NCBI GenBank assembly: GCA_040285855.1
Contig: JAUFOQ010000017.1
Coordinates: forward strand, 1,426,001-1,490,000
Direction of reading: 5' to 3'
DNA length: 64,000 nucleotides
Source: Eukaryota sp. GEM-RC1
Taxonomy: Eukaryota
The position numbers and the translations under genes were made by a program. Below the pieces are notes generated by a model. It was given only the letters and a program-made list of their open reading frames with translations, searched no databases and was not told the origin of the DNA. Below are positions 24,254 through 36,038 of this stretch, piece after piece (the stretch's first letter is position 1; every line of letters begins with the position of its first letter).

Positions 24254-25762
24254 AAATTTACAAACCTTTACTTTTTATTGACAATCACACTACAGTGTAC
24301 ATACATCTAATAATCAATATCCTCAAAGTCCAGATTGCCTATCTGGAAATTCTCACCTACCTTATCCTCATAATGTCTGCCGAGAGATAATAAAGCGCTA
24401 GATACAGAAGTCACCATACCTATAAAGATAGCAAACACAATTCGACTTTTCCAAAATCCAAGATCAAAAGTCCTAGATGTTTTTTCTTTTACAATCTTCA
24501 CAACGATTTCAAGTAATGATGTTGCAGATCCACCTAAAGAACCGTACAGTGAAAATACAAAAGGGTACAACAAGTAATTCGAGTGTGAAGCCGAATTCAA
24601 TAATTTCAATTTAGCACAATATTTTTCTTAAGTTTTTCACCAATCAACAGAGGGTTTTCAGCCTTAGATTTAGCAAGTTTCTTGTTGGAGCCATTACAAA
24701 CGTCGATAGACATAACATCAGCAATAATGAAAGAGCCATCGAGACCAGGAAATATGACATCACCTCGGCTATTTCCAAACGATTTGTCAACATCTGTATC
24801 ATCAACCAACCCAGCCAAAACTGGTTCTAAAAAGGAAGTTATTCCATAAGATTTACACATACAATATAATTGATCCCTTACTGAATCATGAACATTACTT
24901 CTAAAAGAAATAAAACGGTTACAATTCAATAGATGTGCAGGTGTTACAGATTGCCCACATTGGCATTTCAAATTATGTGGAAGGTTATCAGGCCAAATAT
25001 ATGACCGTAAACGCATGTTTAATGACCGAGAGTTATCATCAAGAAAAAGACCGTAAACTTGAGGGATTTGAGTAATCAGACATGAAGCAGAGCTATTAGA
25101 AACTTCCGTTAAGAAATTTGCAAAAGCGGGATGTTTTTCCTTGACCAAGCCAAGTCGAACATTATAATCCAAGCTTTCAAAAATATTTGTAAGTTTATGT
25201 TGTAATTTTTTCAGACAGAACTGAAGATTAGTTAAACATCTTTCAGGTATTTCAGACACAGATTCTGGGAAACACTGAGACCAACCGTCAAAAGGTAATT
25301 TGATTAACGCTTCGTTTAAGTCAAATAAATATTTACATGAATTGGGGTTAATAAGTGAAATATCATTAGGAAATCGATTAACAAATTCAAAGATGAAATC
25401 TTTTCCGCCGCCTAAAAAAGCAGATTTGCAAAGAATTGATGATTTGGTAAAACCAATACCACCAAAATGAGCAGCAGTAAACAAATGACTTCTAAGTAAG
25501 GTTGAATCAACTTCTAACAATGAAGCAAAAAATTAATCCTCAACTCGTTAAAAGATCTACAAAAGTTCAGAGCGATTGAAGGAGCAGTAGATCTCAAAAG
25601 ATGTGTGATTTTTCCGGAGTAGCAAATTTTTAAAATAAAAAACTTGTTATGTTTTTCAATATCATATGAAGAAATTGTGTTGAGCTCTGAACCAATTTTG
25701 TCCAAACAATTAGATAATTCTTGAGAAATTTTAGGAACATTCCCAAGCCAACATCCTAGAAA
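24254..25762 (-). mobile_element. 5'-truncated CRE family F1 copy
   Basis: High identity to 1557-2944 plus 8252-8332. Encodes the zinc-finger/RLE C-terminus ending DFEDIDY. Confidence 0.92.
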
Positions 25763-26176
25763 TCTATGAATGGGATCCTCTTTGTTATCCTTTCTTTTGT
25801 TTCGTTATTCATGATTCGCTTTACTGTATTAGAAAAATATATGCAGTCCTTTAAGAGAGTTGGTTATAAAGATGACGTGTTCATGTTATATCTCGGAGAT
25901 TTATTGAAAATCGACGTAAGGAAAGATGCTGTCATTTTTAAACATCGGGTTTGACGCCAAATTCAGACACTATAGAAACCAAATAATGAGTGACGAAAAA
26001 GAATGTAAAACTACACTTGGATTGACTAGTCTGGATAATGAAAGAACATATTTTTATAAATGTACATGGGAAGTCTTCACAAAGAAACATGTAAAATTAA
26101 TAACTAAACATATATAGAAGACATTTTCCAACTGACATTGAAACCATAAAAATAAACAATAAATTCCAGGAACATC

Positions 26177-28606
26177 CTACGAATTAGAACGTACCATTCT
26201 TCTTGGCCTATACTTAGCTGAATTCAGACTTAGTTCTAAAGATGTAGGATTAAACGAATACTTTGGGGACTTACTTGGAGATTCATTCTCCTCCATTCAA
26301 GAAGTTCTGATTGGTGACGTGACGGACTTAGCTTGATTGAGTTGTTCCATTTTACCAAGCTCTTTCGAATACCATGTTATGGTTTGTTGTTGCATTTCAT
26401 TATTTTCTTCTAATTTTTCAATTTTTGAATGCAATGTTAAGATTTCGGTTTCCTGTTCTGAACTTTTCGATTGTTCAACCTTCAGGAGATCCCCTAATTC
26501 GTTAACTTTGGTCTCGTTTTTCTGCAACTTCGTTCTCAAGCTCTGCCGCTTTAGACCGTGCTTCCCCTCTTTCAAATCTAACTCTATTAAGGCCATCTCT
26601 ATAACCTATGAGTCTAACATTAGCTTCTTTAATTGTATCTTTGTACAATAGATTATGTTTTTCCAAGTTGGAAATCTGTTTCGTCAAGTTTTTGATTTCT
26701 TCTATCGAAAAGATAAGGATTCCTGAGAACTATTTAGATTAGCTTCAGCTTCTTCTAACCTAGACTTAACAGAAGTTAATTGAGACTGGAGGGTTTGATT
26801 CTGATTGTTAAATTTGCAGTTCAAAGCTTCTGCTTCTGTCAACTTGGAGGTTAAGGAAAGTGAATCAGATTGAAGATCATCAACACGTGTTTGCAACTCT
26901 GATTGATGACGTGACATATCAGATATTTGATCTTTTAACCTTTGGATCGTGTCGTTGATTCTTTGATTAGAAGAGCTCAGGTGAGTTTCCAATTGAGAGA
27001 TCTGTGATTGAAGATCAAGAACAAGACTTTCCTTTTCTGACAATTGTATAGAACTTTGCTGAAGAGACGTGTCATGATTGGACTTTAGAGTGTCAATTTC
27101 TTGTTTGAAAGAGTTAACCATTGAGTCATATTGTTTGTTTTTAGAGAAATTACCCTAAAACAAAGTTTTTCAAACCTGAGTTCCAAAAAAAAAGTTTCTG
27201 AAAACCCCGAAACATTGTCTTCATCATTTTTGCAAATCACCCTTAATCTTCAGAAAAGTCCCAGCACCATTGTGAAAGATGGATACTTTCAGCAACAGAT
27301 TGGAGCTTAAAGCTGCTTTATGCTGCTTGTGAATCAGAGGATGATCATCATCTCACAAAAACATATATTCCTCACTCTAAACGATGTATGGCCCCTTAAA
27401 GTGTCTTTTCCCTCTAAAGTTGCAGGTTTTGTTCTTCAAGAATATTTTCACACAGAGGGAATCACTTCGCTCGGTAAATTGTGCAAAACAAGCGTTATGA
27501 ATTCAACGTGGGAACGGGCAGATTCAATACAGAATCTTTGAACTCTTATGTGTGTTGAACTCACGTAAAAACACAGTATCTGGGTGCCATTCTTATTGCA
27601 ACATTGACAGGACATAAGAGAAAACGATGTCCCTAAAAAGATGGAGTCAGCTAGTTGTAGTTGGTATATGATGCGTTTTAGTGATATAAAAGACTTTTAT
27701 TTGCCAGAGCATAAGAAAAATAGGGGGCTGCAATCCCATCAACTCCATACTGCTCCCCTCACGATAAGGATGATAGTGTGAGAAAAGAGATGTAGAGGAG
27801 GGGAGATATATGTATAAACCCAATACTTCCCGATCTCTCTCCAATGATAAGACTGAAAGTGAAAGAAGCATGTTGTCAGGTGGTGTGATCTTAATGTGTG
27901 TCTCTCTAGAAGAGGTGGTACAAGATTTGTTGCATGTCGAACTTTATGGCCGATACGTAAACAGTACAAAGTTTGGAGAGGTTTGGAAACTTTGTTTTGG
28001 GGCAATCCTCCAAAAAAAACTTTGTTTTTGGGAAATAAAGGTTTGAGAAACTTTGTTTTTGGAACTCAGGTTTGAGAAACTTTGTTTTTGGGCGAAGTCT
28101 CTTGTTTTTACTTTTCAACTCTCGCTGAAGTTCCAGTAGTTGGTGTTGATTGTCTTCCACTTCTTTTGTAGTACAAATCAGTCTACCTGTCAGGAATTCT
28201 GCCAAAACAGCACCTTCGCCACGTGTCAAATTCAGTGACAGTAGAGGAAAACGGCGAACTTTAGATCGACCCATAAAGGAAAGCTGACACGTCGATCCGA
28301 GCTCCAACTCAACATAAGTTTTAGAATCTTGATCCTCACAAGCAATTAGCAGATCTTTGATCTGATCAACAAAATCAGCAAAGTTAAACTCCAAAAGTTG
28401 GTTTTCCTGAAGGAGGCCAAAAAAGAGTCAAGTTTGCAAAAGCACATAAACATGGGATCAACTTGAGGACCCCGAGTTATGACAAGGCGGATCGAACTGT
28501 CATCTTGTAGAAGGCGGACGATGAGAAGATCGGCAACAGAGGAACCTTCGCCTGAGGTTTTGACCGTACAAGTAGTCAAATTGCGTTCCAGAAGAATATT
28601 GGACAT
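26177..28606 (-). pseudogene. Chimeric SAS-6-like gene (paralogue B head, paralogue A tail) disrupted by a MULE insertion
   Basis: ATG 28606 MSNILLERNL...PQVDPMFMCFC...LEFNFADFVDQI. Sequence switches from B-type to A-type near 26930 and ends YRPRRMVRSNS. Confidence 0.82.
27144..28101. mobile_element. Non-autonomous Mutator-like element (958 bp)
   Basis: Perfect 9-bp TSD TTGTTTTTA (27135-27143, 28102-28110). Imperfect ~60-bp TIRs starting GAGA with AAAACAAAGTTTCTCAAACC sub-repeats. Removing it restores KSKNKQYDSMVNSF. Confidence 0.9.
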
Positions 28607-30360
28607 GGTTGTTAAGAACAAGCTAGAGCGACTATTACAATTCCATCTTCACTCTTTCGTTTGTGACGTTCTTTTCTTCCTGCTTGTGGGCAGATTGTAA
28701 TGGTTGTGTCTACTCTCATTCTTCATCCCTTCCAATTCAAGTGCGTCATTCTTTTAATTACTGAAATACGAAGTGCCAATACATTATTTCACATCTATTT
28801 GATTATTCTATATCATTCTGATAATATATATCAATCATCTGTCTTTAGGAAAAAAAGTCATTTCCTTGAAATGTCATGGTTTCTTCTAGTTGCTGAACGT
28901 TTAGTTCTTGAAAAGTCTTCACTATGTCATGTTCATATCCTTGAAATCACGTGCTTCAATGACATCATGTTGAAGAATCAGAATCTTGGAATTGATACAA
29001 ACTTCATCGACTCAGCTTTCGAAACTCAGCTTCCTACCAAAGGGATTCTTCCTCCAGATGTCTGATGTCGTTCATCTTCAGTTGGATAGGCTCGTTGTGC
29101 TATTGATGCTGATCTACTCCAATAACATGACTCTAAACTCTCCACGTTCAGCCATTCTTTGTGGATTATGAACCTCGAGTTGTTGCTAAGCTCCCAAACT
29201 CCCTTCCCAAAATAGTAATCCTTCTTTATCACGTCATCAATCACCGGGGGGTACCGGGGGTGGTCTTTTATCAGGAATCCTTTCTCACCCAGAGTTTTCC
29301 TTTAAATGTAACTTGTAATGTTGTTGTCCTTTTGGTAAAGACATCACTTCCTCTTTGATTGCTTCTCATCTATGTTACCAATGACTTAGTAGACAACTTT
29401 CTCTTTATTAACAGTGGTTTTCTATTTGATGAGAACTTTAGGAATTCGAAAAGGTTGTTTGGATCTCAAACTAAGAGTAATTGTAGCTTATTTCATTCAA
29501 TTATTCGGAATTTTGCTGTTATCATAGCCTTAGTATTGGGTCACGAAATATTTCAAATTATTCGAGAATTGATTCTGCGTGTTTAAGGTCCAGTATCTTT
29601 GCTTTGAATTCTTGTCATTATTCAACAAATTTAATCTTTTTCTTGGTTGTTTTTTCGGTTTCTACTATCCTTGAATCTCTTGATGAATTAGAAAGCCTTA
29701 CAACAATTGTCCAAGAAACATTTATTGTTAGTCTTGTTTTACAAGTGCAACTATAACCGAAACTCATACGCCAAATTGATTTTTTTGTGATCAGGTTACC
29801 ATTTGTGTACCGAATAGAGACTCTTCATATGCAAGGACTACAAAGGAAAACTTACCTGTATTTGGAAAAGTATCCTTACTGTAATATACTTACAAATGTA
29901 GTTGTATTATAGATGTACTCGTGTCGTGGTTGTCGTGATGACGTGGTATCTTCTATGTAAAAACAGGTCGGTATATTTTTCCATCCCTGAAATAACTAAC
30001 AAGTAAGTGTTCGTGGTTCCATTCGGTGTCTTTTAGAAAGGTTTGTATGAGGAAAGTTCTTTGGGATAGTATGATGTTAACATAGAAATAACATCAAAAT
30101 TTGAAGCCAACATTGACTGACAGTGATGTCGTTATCATTGGAAGATTCTCCATGCAATAATGCGTGTCCTCAACACAAGTTCTAGTGATGAGCTCAAGTT
30201 CTAGTGATGACCTCAAATCTTCATCTATAGAGAAATCCCTAAAAGATAATAATGGAGTATGGTTCAATGTAAATGAGACGCTGTAATGACTTTGAAGGGA
30301 ATACTAGAATACAGTATCTGCTTGATAAAACGGTTTGAATGAGAAAAGTTCGAATCAAAA

Positions 30361-30432
30361 GGCCTCGGCCGGGAATTGAACCCGGGACCTCTCGCACCCT
30401 AAGCGAGAATCATACCCCTAGACTACCGAGGC
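30361..30432 (-). tRNA. tRNA-Pro (AGG)
   Basis: 72-nt cloverleaf with GCCTCGG/CCGAGGC acceptor stem, CTCGC-TT-AGG-GT-GCGAG anticodon arm, GGTTCAATTCC T-loop, followed by a TTTT Pol III terminator. Confidence 0.96.
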
Positions 30433-30459
30433 TTTGCCGAAAACGATGTTTGTTTTCTC

Positions 30460-30690
30460 TCCGATTTTGAGAAAGTGGTTAAAAAAAGAATGAACAAGAA
30501 ATTTGATTTCAAATTTTGGTTGAATCGTATTGTTTTTACAATATTTAAAACAATTCCTATCATGATTTCAAAAGCTCTATTAGCTCTCAGTGTTTTTTAT
30601 GAAGAAAAAGCGGATGTGAGTTTTAATGGCAATGATTGTTGCTTTAATGATATTGAATTCTAGTATTTGTGTTTATTTTAGTGTTTTCAT
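30460..30690 (+). mobile_element. 3'-end fragment of a second CRE family (ends FNDIEF)
   Basis: FDFKFWLNRIVFTIFK is homologous to the F1 C-terminus FDLRFWKSRIVFAIFK. Confidence 0.75.
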
Positions 30691-31152
30691 TCCATAAACT
30701 GTGTTTTCTTTAAAAAAACTTATCACAACTCCCAAAGGGAAGGTTGTGTTGGTTTCTATCAAATTGGAATCAAGAATACCTAAAGTTGTTTCCAGGTTAT
30801 GAAAGTCATTGTTGGAGATTGCAATACATGTATCTATTGCAGAATAAGGGATTGGAACATATATCAATTTTTATCGAATCAGATCATCAGGGATATTTAA
30901 ATATAAATTAGTGTTCCCTGACTTCAAAAAATATGGACTGAAAAACTAGTTTTTCTTAGTAATGGAATTTTTGATAGAAGTACTAACATCAAAGCAACAG
31001 GCAGACAAATCTCCAATTGATTTAAATATAATTGACACCGAGAATAATTTTTGGAAAGGCAAAGGTACATGGAAAACCCAGAGACCAAACACTGAATCAG
31101 AAAAAAAGAAAAAATAACACTGCTAATAGAGCTAACCTAAAACTATCGACCT

Positions 31153-32065
31153 TCACTTAAAATCAGGATAATTCGACTCACTACTTGGTCTAAACGTATA
31201 AAACAGATAATCCTCTGATCTCTGCCCAGTATTGAAACCACCCCGGAAACAATACTCTGGGGGAGGATTTACAGCCACACTCCAACCATGATCTTCAATC
31301 GCATCACAGAAGTTAGAAACACCATCTCTATCCGTTGATAGCACCTCATAAAAAGACTGAGGAGGGAGTAGAAAAGGAAGAGACAGTGTGGATGAGGTCT
31401 GTGACATTCAGATTGGAATAGGTCAGTTCAGATCCTATTAAATTCTCAGCTGGTTGTATGGTACTCAGAAAATCTTGGGAATGAGTCCAATCCAAGATCT
31501 CAGCAGAACACACTTGACTTGCATTGAGATTACCCTTTCGATTAGGGGGAACGTCACCCGAATCGTTAACTAGAGTACTGTCGTTTAGGTCAATGTTGTA
31601 TTGTAAGTTATCAATGACAGAGTCAATGTAATCAGTAAGAATGACTTTCTTGGCGAATCTAGATGCCACAATCCCACAGAGACCAACTCCAGCACCTAAT
31701 TCCAGTACATATTTGTTTTGGAAGATGTGTGAGTTGTGGTATATCCATCGACTGAAAAGAATGGCAGCATCCCAAAGGCCACATCCTAGACCAGCATAAA
31801 GTATAGACGCTTCTCTGATGTAGAATTCATCATCATAAAGTCGATCAGATTTGTGGTAAGACCCAAAGCCAACTGTCTTTCTTCTATATTTCCCTTTTCC
31901 AAAAGCATACTGCTTCCAGTCAATGTCCAGGGGAGGCATTGAAGTGGGGGATAAAGTTGGAGGAGAGACCACAAGACGTTCGTTTGAGACTCAATTTCTC
32001 GTTTTGTTGTCCCTTCTTCAGACAAATTGTTTGTCGATGTAGTGTCAGTGTTTGTAAAAAGACAT
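31153..32065 (-). CDS. METTL21/Methyltransf_16-family protein lysine methyltransferase (frameshifted)
   Basis: G..LWDAAILFS, VLELGAGVGLCG, VILTD, LDW and GSELTY motifs. Confidence 0.88.
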
Positions 32066-32069
32066 CTTA

Positions 32070-33680
32070 AACAATGCTTACTCAGGAACTTCCCCTTATG
32101 AACAAGCCAAACAGGATAAGTACAAGAAACAATTCATGGCTCTAAAACATGTAAAACATGTTGAATACAAATTATGCCCCTTTGCTGTTTCAATTTATGG
32201 ACGTTTAGGAAAAAGTGCATTGAATTTTTCTATACAATTTCGGAAAAATCGTAAAAAATAGGATGAACAAACGTTTTGATCATATGTATGTTGTGGATGA
32301 TTTGTATCGTTTTTATTATTTTTGGAAACAATTGCCCTAATCATCTCCAATGTTTCATTAGCTGTGCGTTCCTTTAATGAGGACAAAGCTGTGGTAAGGT
32401 TTGATAGCGACGAGTGTTGTTTCAATGATGTCAAATTTTAGTTGTTTAGTCTACTACTTCTGGAATAAATTGTTGGACTGCTGGTGGTACATTATCTTCC
32501 TCAAGAAGAGTTTGCCATCTTGGCTTGAATAATGTTATCGAAAATCTTGATGCCGAAGTATGGTTCTCTTTGTTTCCTGTTTCAGTGAGTGAAATCCCAA
32601 GACGTTCTATTTTCTCACTTCCAATGTGTGTACGTATATTACAGAAAAAGTATATTAACTATCACAAAAGCTTCTACTTTACAAATCGTATTAAATTAGG
32701 TAAAATTAATTGTCCCGCTTTTTGTGCCTTTTTAAAGGACATTTCAAGTGCTTCTGCGTCTGCTTTAGTCATTCGCCATCATCAACGCTATAATTTATTT
32801 GAAGGATCAAGAATGGGTAATTAATATGCGATTGAGATTGGGGCTCTGGCCTAATGGCTAACTTCAACAGTCTAAGTGCATCTGTAGTGCTTCAAAGCCT
32901 GCTTCATTTCATCACATTGTTAATTGCTCTAAATGTATTCATATAAGATCTTTTCTACACAACAGTATTCGTGATCAATGTCTTTCTTACTTTCTTTAAT
33001 TAAATAAAACGGATTTCATGGCAAAATTGTATCGTCCGCATTTTCTGATTCTTTCATTCGTGATAAGATGTGGTGATTGAATTGGCCCATGGTTGAATTG
33101 TAAAGAAGTAGTTTTGGATTTCTCCACTGTGGATCCAGGTTATCATACTGCTAGTAACAAAGCATTGGATGATCAATTTTCACCTTTGAATAATGCTGAA
33201 GATAAGAAATGTCTTCGTTATTGTGATTATATTTCTACACTGAATTCACAAAGACATAATACTTTGGTGTTTTAACCATTCGGTATTTCAATTTTTGGGA
33301 ATTGGTTTTCTGCAGCTCAAACGTTTTTGCATTCTTTAAATCAATTGTGCTGAGAATTTGGCAAGAAGTTTAGTATTAGTTTTTGAAGGGATCGTCTTGT
33401 TTCTTTCTAGATTTCGTTCAATGTTTCCAGTATTTCGACGGAATTTTAAAAGAAACTCTTTGGGGTTCAAGACCATGTCATGGAACAGTATTGTTAATTT
33501 TGTTTACGTCTTTACTAGTAGATTTTATGTATCTTTGGGAGAAAATTGATTTTTTACAATTTATTCAATTTTCTACGAACAAAAAGCTGATGTGAGTTTT
33601 AATGGCAATGAATGTTGGTTTAATGATATTGAGTTCTAGTTTCTGTACTTATCTTACTGTTGTTGCTCTATAACAATTTG
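32070..33680 (+). mobile_element. Stack of degenerate CRE-type 3' fragments (at least three pieces)
   Basis: Remnants PFAVSIYGRLGK...FNDVKF, SEIPRRSI...NMRLRLGLWP...CIC...HHIVNC...VLDFSTVD, and a further FNDIEF end. Confidence 0.75.
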
Positions 33681-33729
33681 TGTATAATTATTTTTATCGG
33701 AATACTGCCTTTCAGAAGAAGAAGAAGAA

Positions 33730-34505
33730 GAACACAAATAATACTAAAATTAAATCCAAACGACTTCATCACCCCCCGGTAAAAGATTACGTTTTTCAAC
33801 ATTAGCCTTCACACCAAACTTGTACAATTTCTCAACTAATCGAGAAAAATAGAAAGGCATATTCCGATATATGGAAAACACTATACGGTTTTTCCATTCA
33901 GTCATTCTAAACTTACGCTTCTTTACTTTACACAGGTCTTCGAAATCCTTGAAGAATTGATCACCAGCAGGACTAATCGATCCAAAAAGAGAAACAGCAA
34001 AAGGTTGAAACACAAATTTGGAATATGAGTTTCTATTTAATTCTTCTACTTGAGAGTCATACTTGGAGTGTTTGAGCTTTTCAGCAGCTGTTAACGGATT
34101 AAAAGAAGAATCTAATATCCTACTAATACAAGATTTGTTACAAACATCTACTGTAGTAAAATCCATTAATGATTGACTCGATTTAAGCCACGGAGTATGG
34201 AGATCCCCCTTTTTGATCAGTAAATTCATTTTCTGAAAGATGATTCAAAACTGGTTCAATTTTAGAGTGAAATCCATGTGCTTTAAACATGGAATAACAA
34301 GAATCACGTACACCATCATGAATTACTGCACGGAGATGAATACAATAACGACAATTAATTAGATGACGAAAAACACCATTAGCTCCACAAGAGCAAGTTG
34401 AATAGTTTAATAAATTTGCAGGCCAAATAGCCAAACGCAGACGCATATTGATCGTCCAAGCTTCATCAGATAGATGTAATCCATACACCTTAGGAATTTG
34501 AAAAA
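33730..34505 (-). mobile_element. 5'-truncated CRE family F3 copy (ends GGDEVVWI)
   Basis: NMRLRL.IWP, CSCG...HLINC, HDGVRD and PFAVSLFG motifs. Near-identical to 37981-38721. Confidence 0.85.
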
Positions 34506-34577
34506 TAAATCAAGAAGGATTTGCCTTTCATGTTTATTATTGAGACCACACCCATGACAAAGAAAAGATATTATTTA

Positions 34578-35870
34578 CTCTAATTTACCTAATACTAGCC
34601 CTCGTAAAACCGTTACTAGCCTTCCCTGTCTAGACTTGTATTAGGGAAAGGCTAGTAATTGTTTCTTCATATCAATTACTTGTAAACTATTATTTCTTAT
34701 GATCACGCTGCTAACATACAATTTCAGTGATAGAAAGTACGGTCAATAAAGGGATGTTTCTTTGTCTCATTGGTTTTAGTTCTACACAGTTATCAGTTAC
34801 ACTTCTCGTGTAGTTCCTTCTGTTCAGTTTGCCAAGAATACACGTTTTCAACGACGAATATAATTAAAATTTGAGAGCTGTTGCATTAGACTATATCCAT
34901 GCTCCTCCTCATAAACATAAGAGAGAAAGCTTGCTAACCATGAGTTGAGGAGTCAAACAATACTTTGGAAATGAATGATGACGATCATTGGTATGTTTCT
35001 ATAACTCAGAGCAATGAAGTCTGTTCATCAATTGAGAAAAAAAGAAATCAGTCTCACTACAAGAATATTCTCCCTGATATTTGACTATTTTTTGGGTTGC
35101 GCAACAAAATTAACAAGTACAAAAATAGTTTCTTAATGTATCTTGATTTGATACATCATTAGGTTCGTCTTCCTTGTTGTCAAAGGTGTCGTATGACAGT
35201 ATGTTTGGCATCACAATTTAATTTGTTGACTTCCATCCATTCGTTACACGCCAACTCAAAACAATCCTTACAAAAGTGATGAACAATACAAGAAAGAAAA
35301 CTGTATGGTGCTTCGAAAAGTGCTTCGAGAAAAGAAACCTCGAAGCACTTTTCTTTGAATTGTAGACTTTCTTGAAAAATTCTCACTTATAAGTTAAAAA
35401 ACCAATCTAATAACATATTGTATTAAAGAAATATCGTACATGTATTCATTGAATAAGACTAAATGCTGATAACTAAATAATGATACTAACAATACCAAAA
35501 AAATACCAATATGGGCTTTGTATTAATACAAATACAAATACAAAATACAGCAATCATTACATTGACCAAAATTTCTCTCATTGCAGCAATTAGATTGCCT
35601 TGGGCTTGTCCCTTGGCTCCACTAAAATGGAAACTAAACAGAGAAGATTAGCAACACCTCCGCAAAGGAGGTGCAAAATTGACGCATTGATATACTCCGG
35701 TGGATGTTGAAGAGTGACTAGGAATTCTGGGGTTGGAATCACGTTTGCGAAACGGTTTTAGTGCTTCGAGAAAAGAAACCTCGAAGCACTTTTTGTATAA
35801 ATAGAAGCACTTAAATCTAGAACCACCAAACTACTTCAGAAAGGGGGGGCTAGTATTAGGTTAATTAGAG
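34578..35870. mobile_element. Non-autonomous Tc1/mariner-pogo-type element (1293 bp)
   Basis: 24-bp TIR CTCTAATT(T/A)ACCTAATACTAGCCC with flanking TA. Confidence 0.8.
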
Positions 35871-36038
35871 TAACTACTAGATTTAGAGAAAAAAGATGTA
35901 AAACGATACACGCAAATAAGTGATGAGCTATTAAAACTGTTTTTGATCTTCTTGTAAAGTAATCTACACGTACGATTAATAACTAGTCAAAACAGAGCAT
36001 GTCCCTCTTGACTTTTGATTTAGAAAGAATGACAAAAG

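Noticed and set aside
28700..30350. Short ORFs downstream of the SAS-6 B start region
   Set aside because: No recognisable motifs or termini; probably decayed repeats.
30433..30690. CRE fragment ~30 bp upstream of tRNA-Pro as tRNA-targeted integration
   Set aside because: Single instance in a region dense with CRE fragments; related ends at 32.4 and 33.6 kb have no adjacent tRNA.
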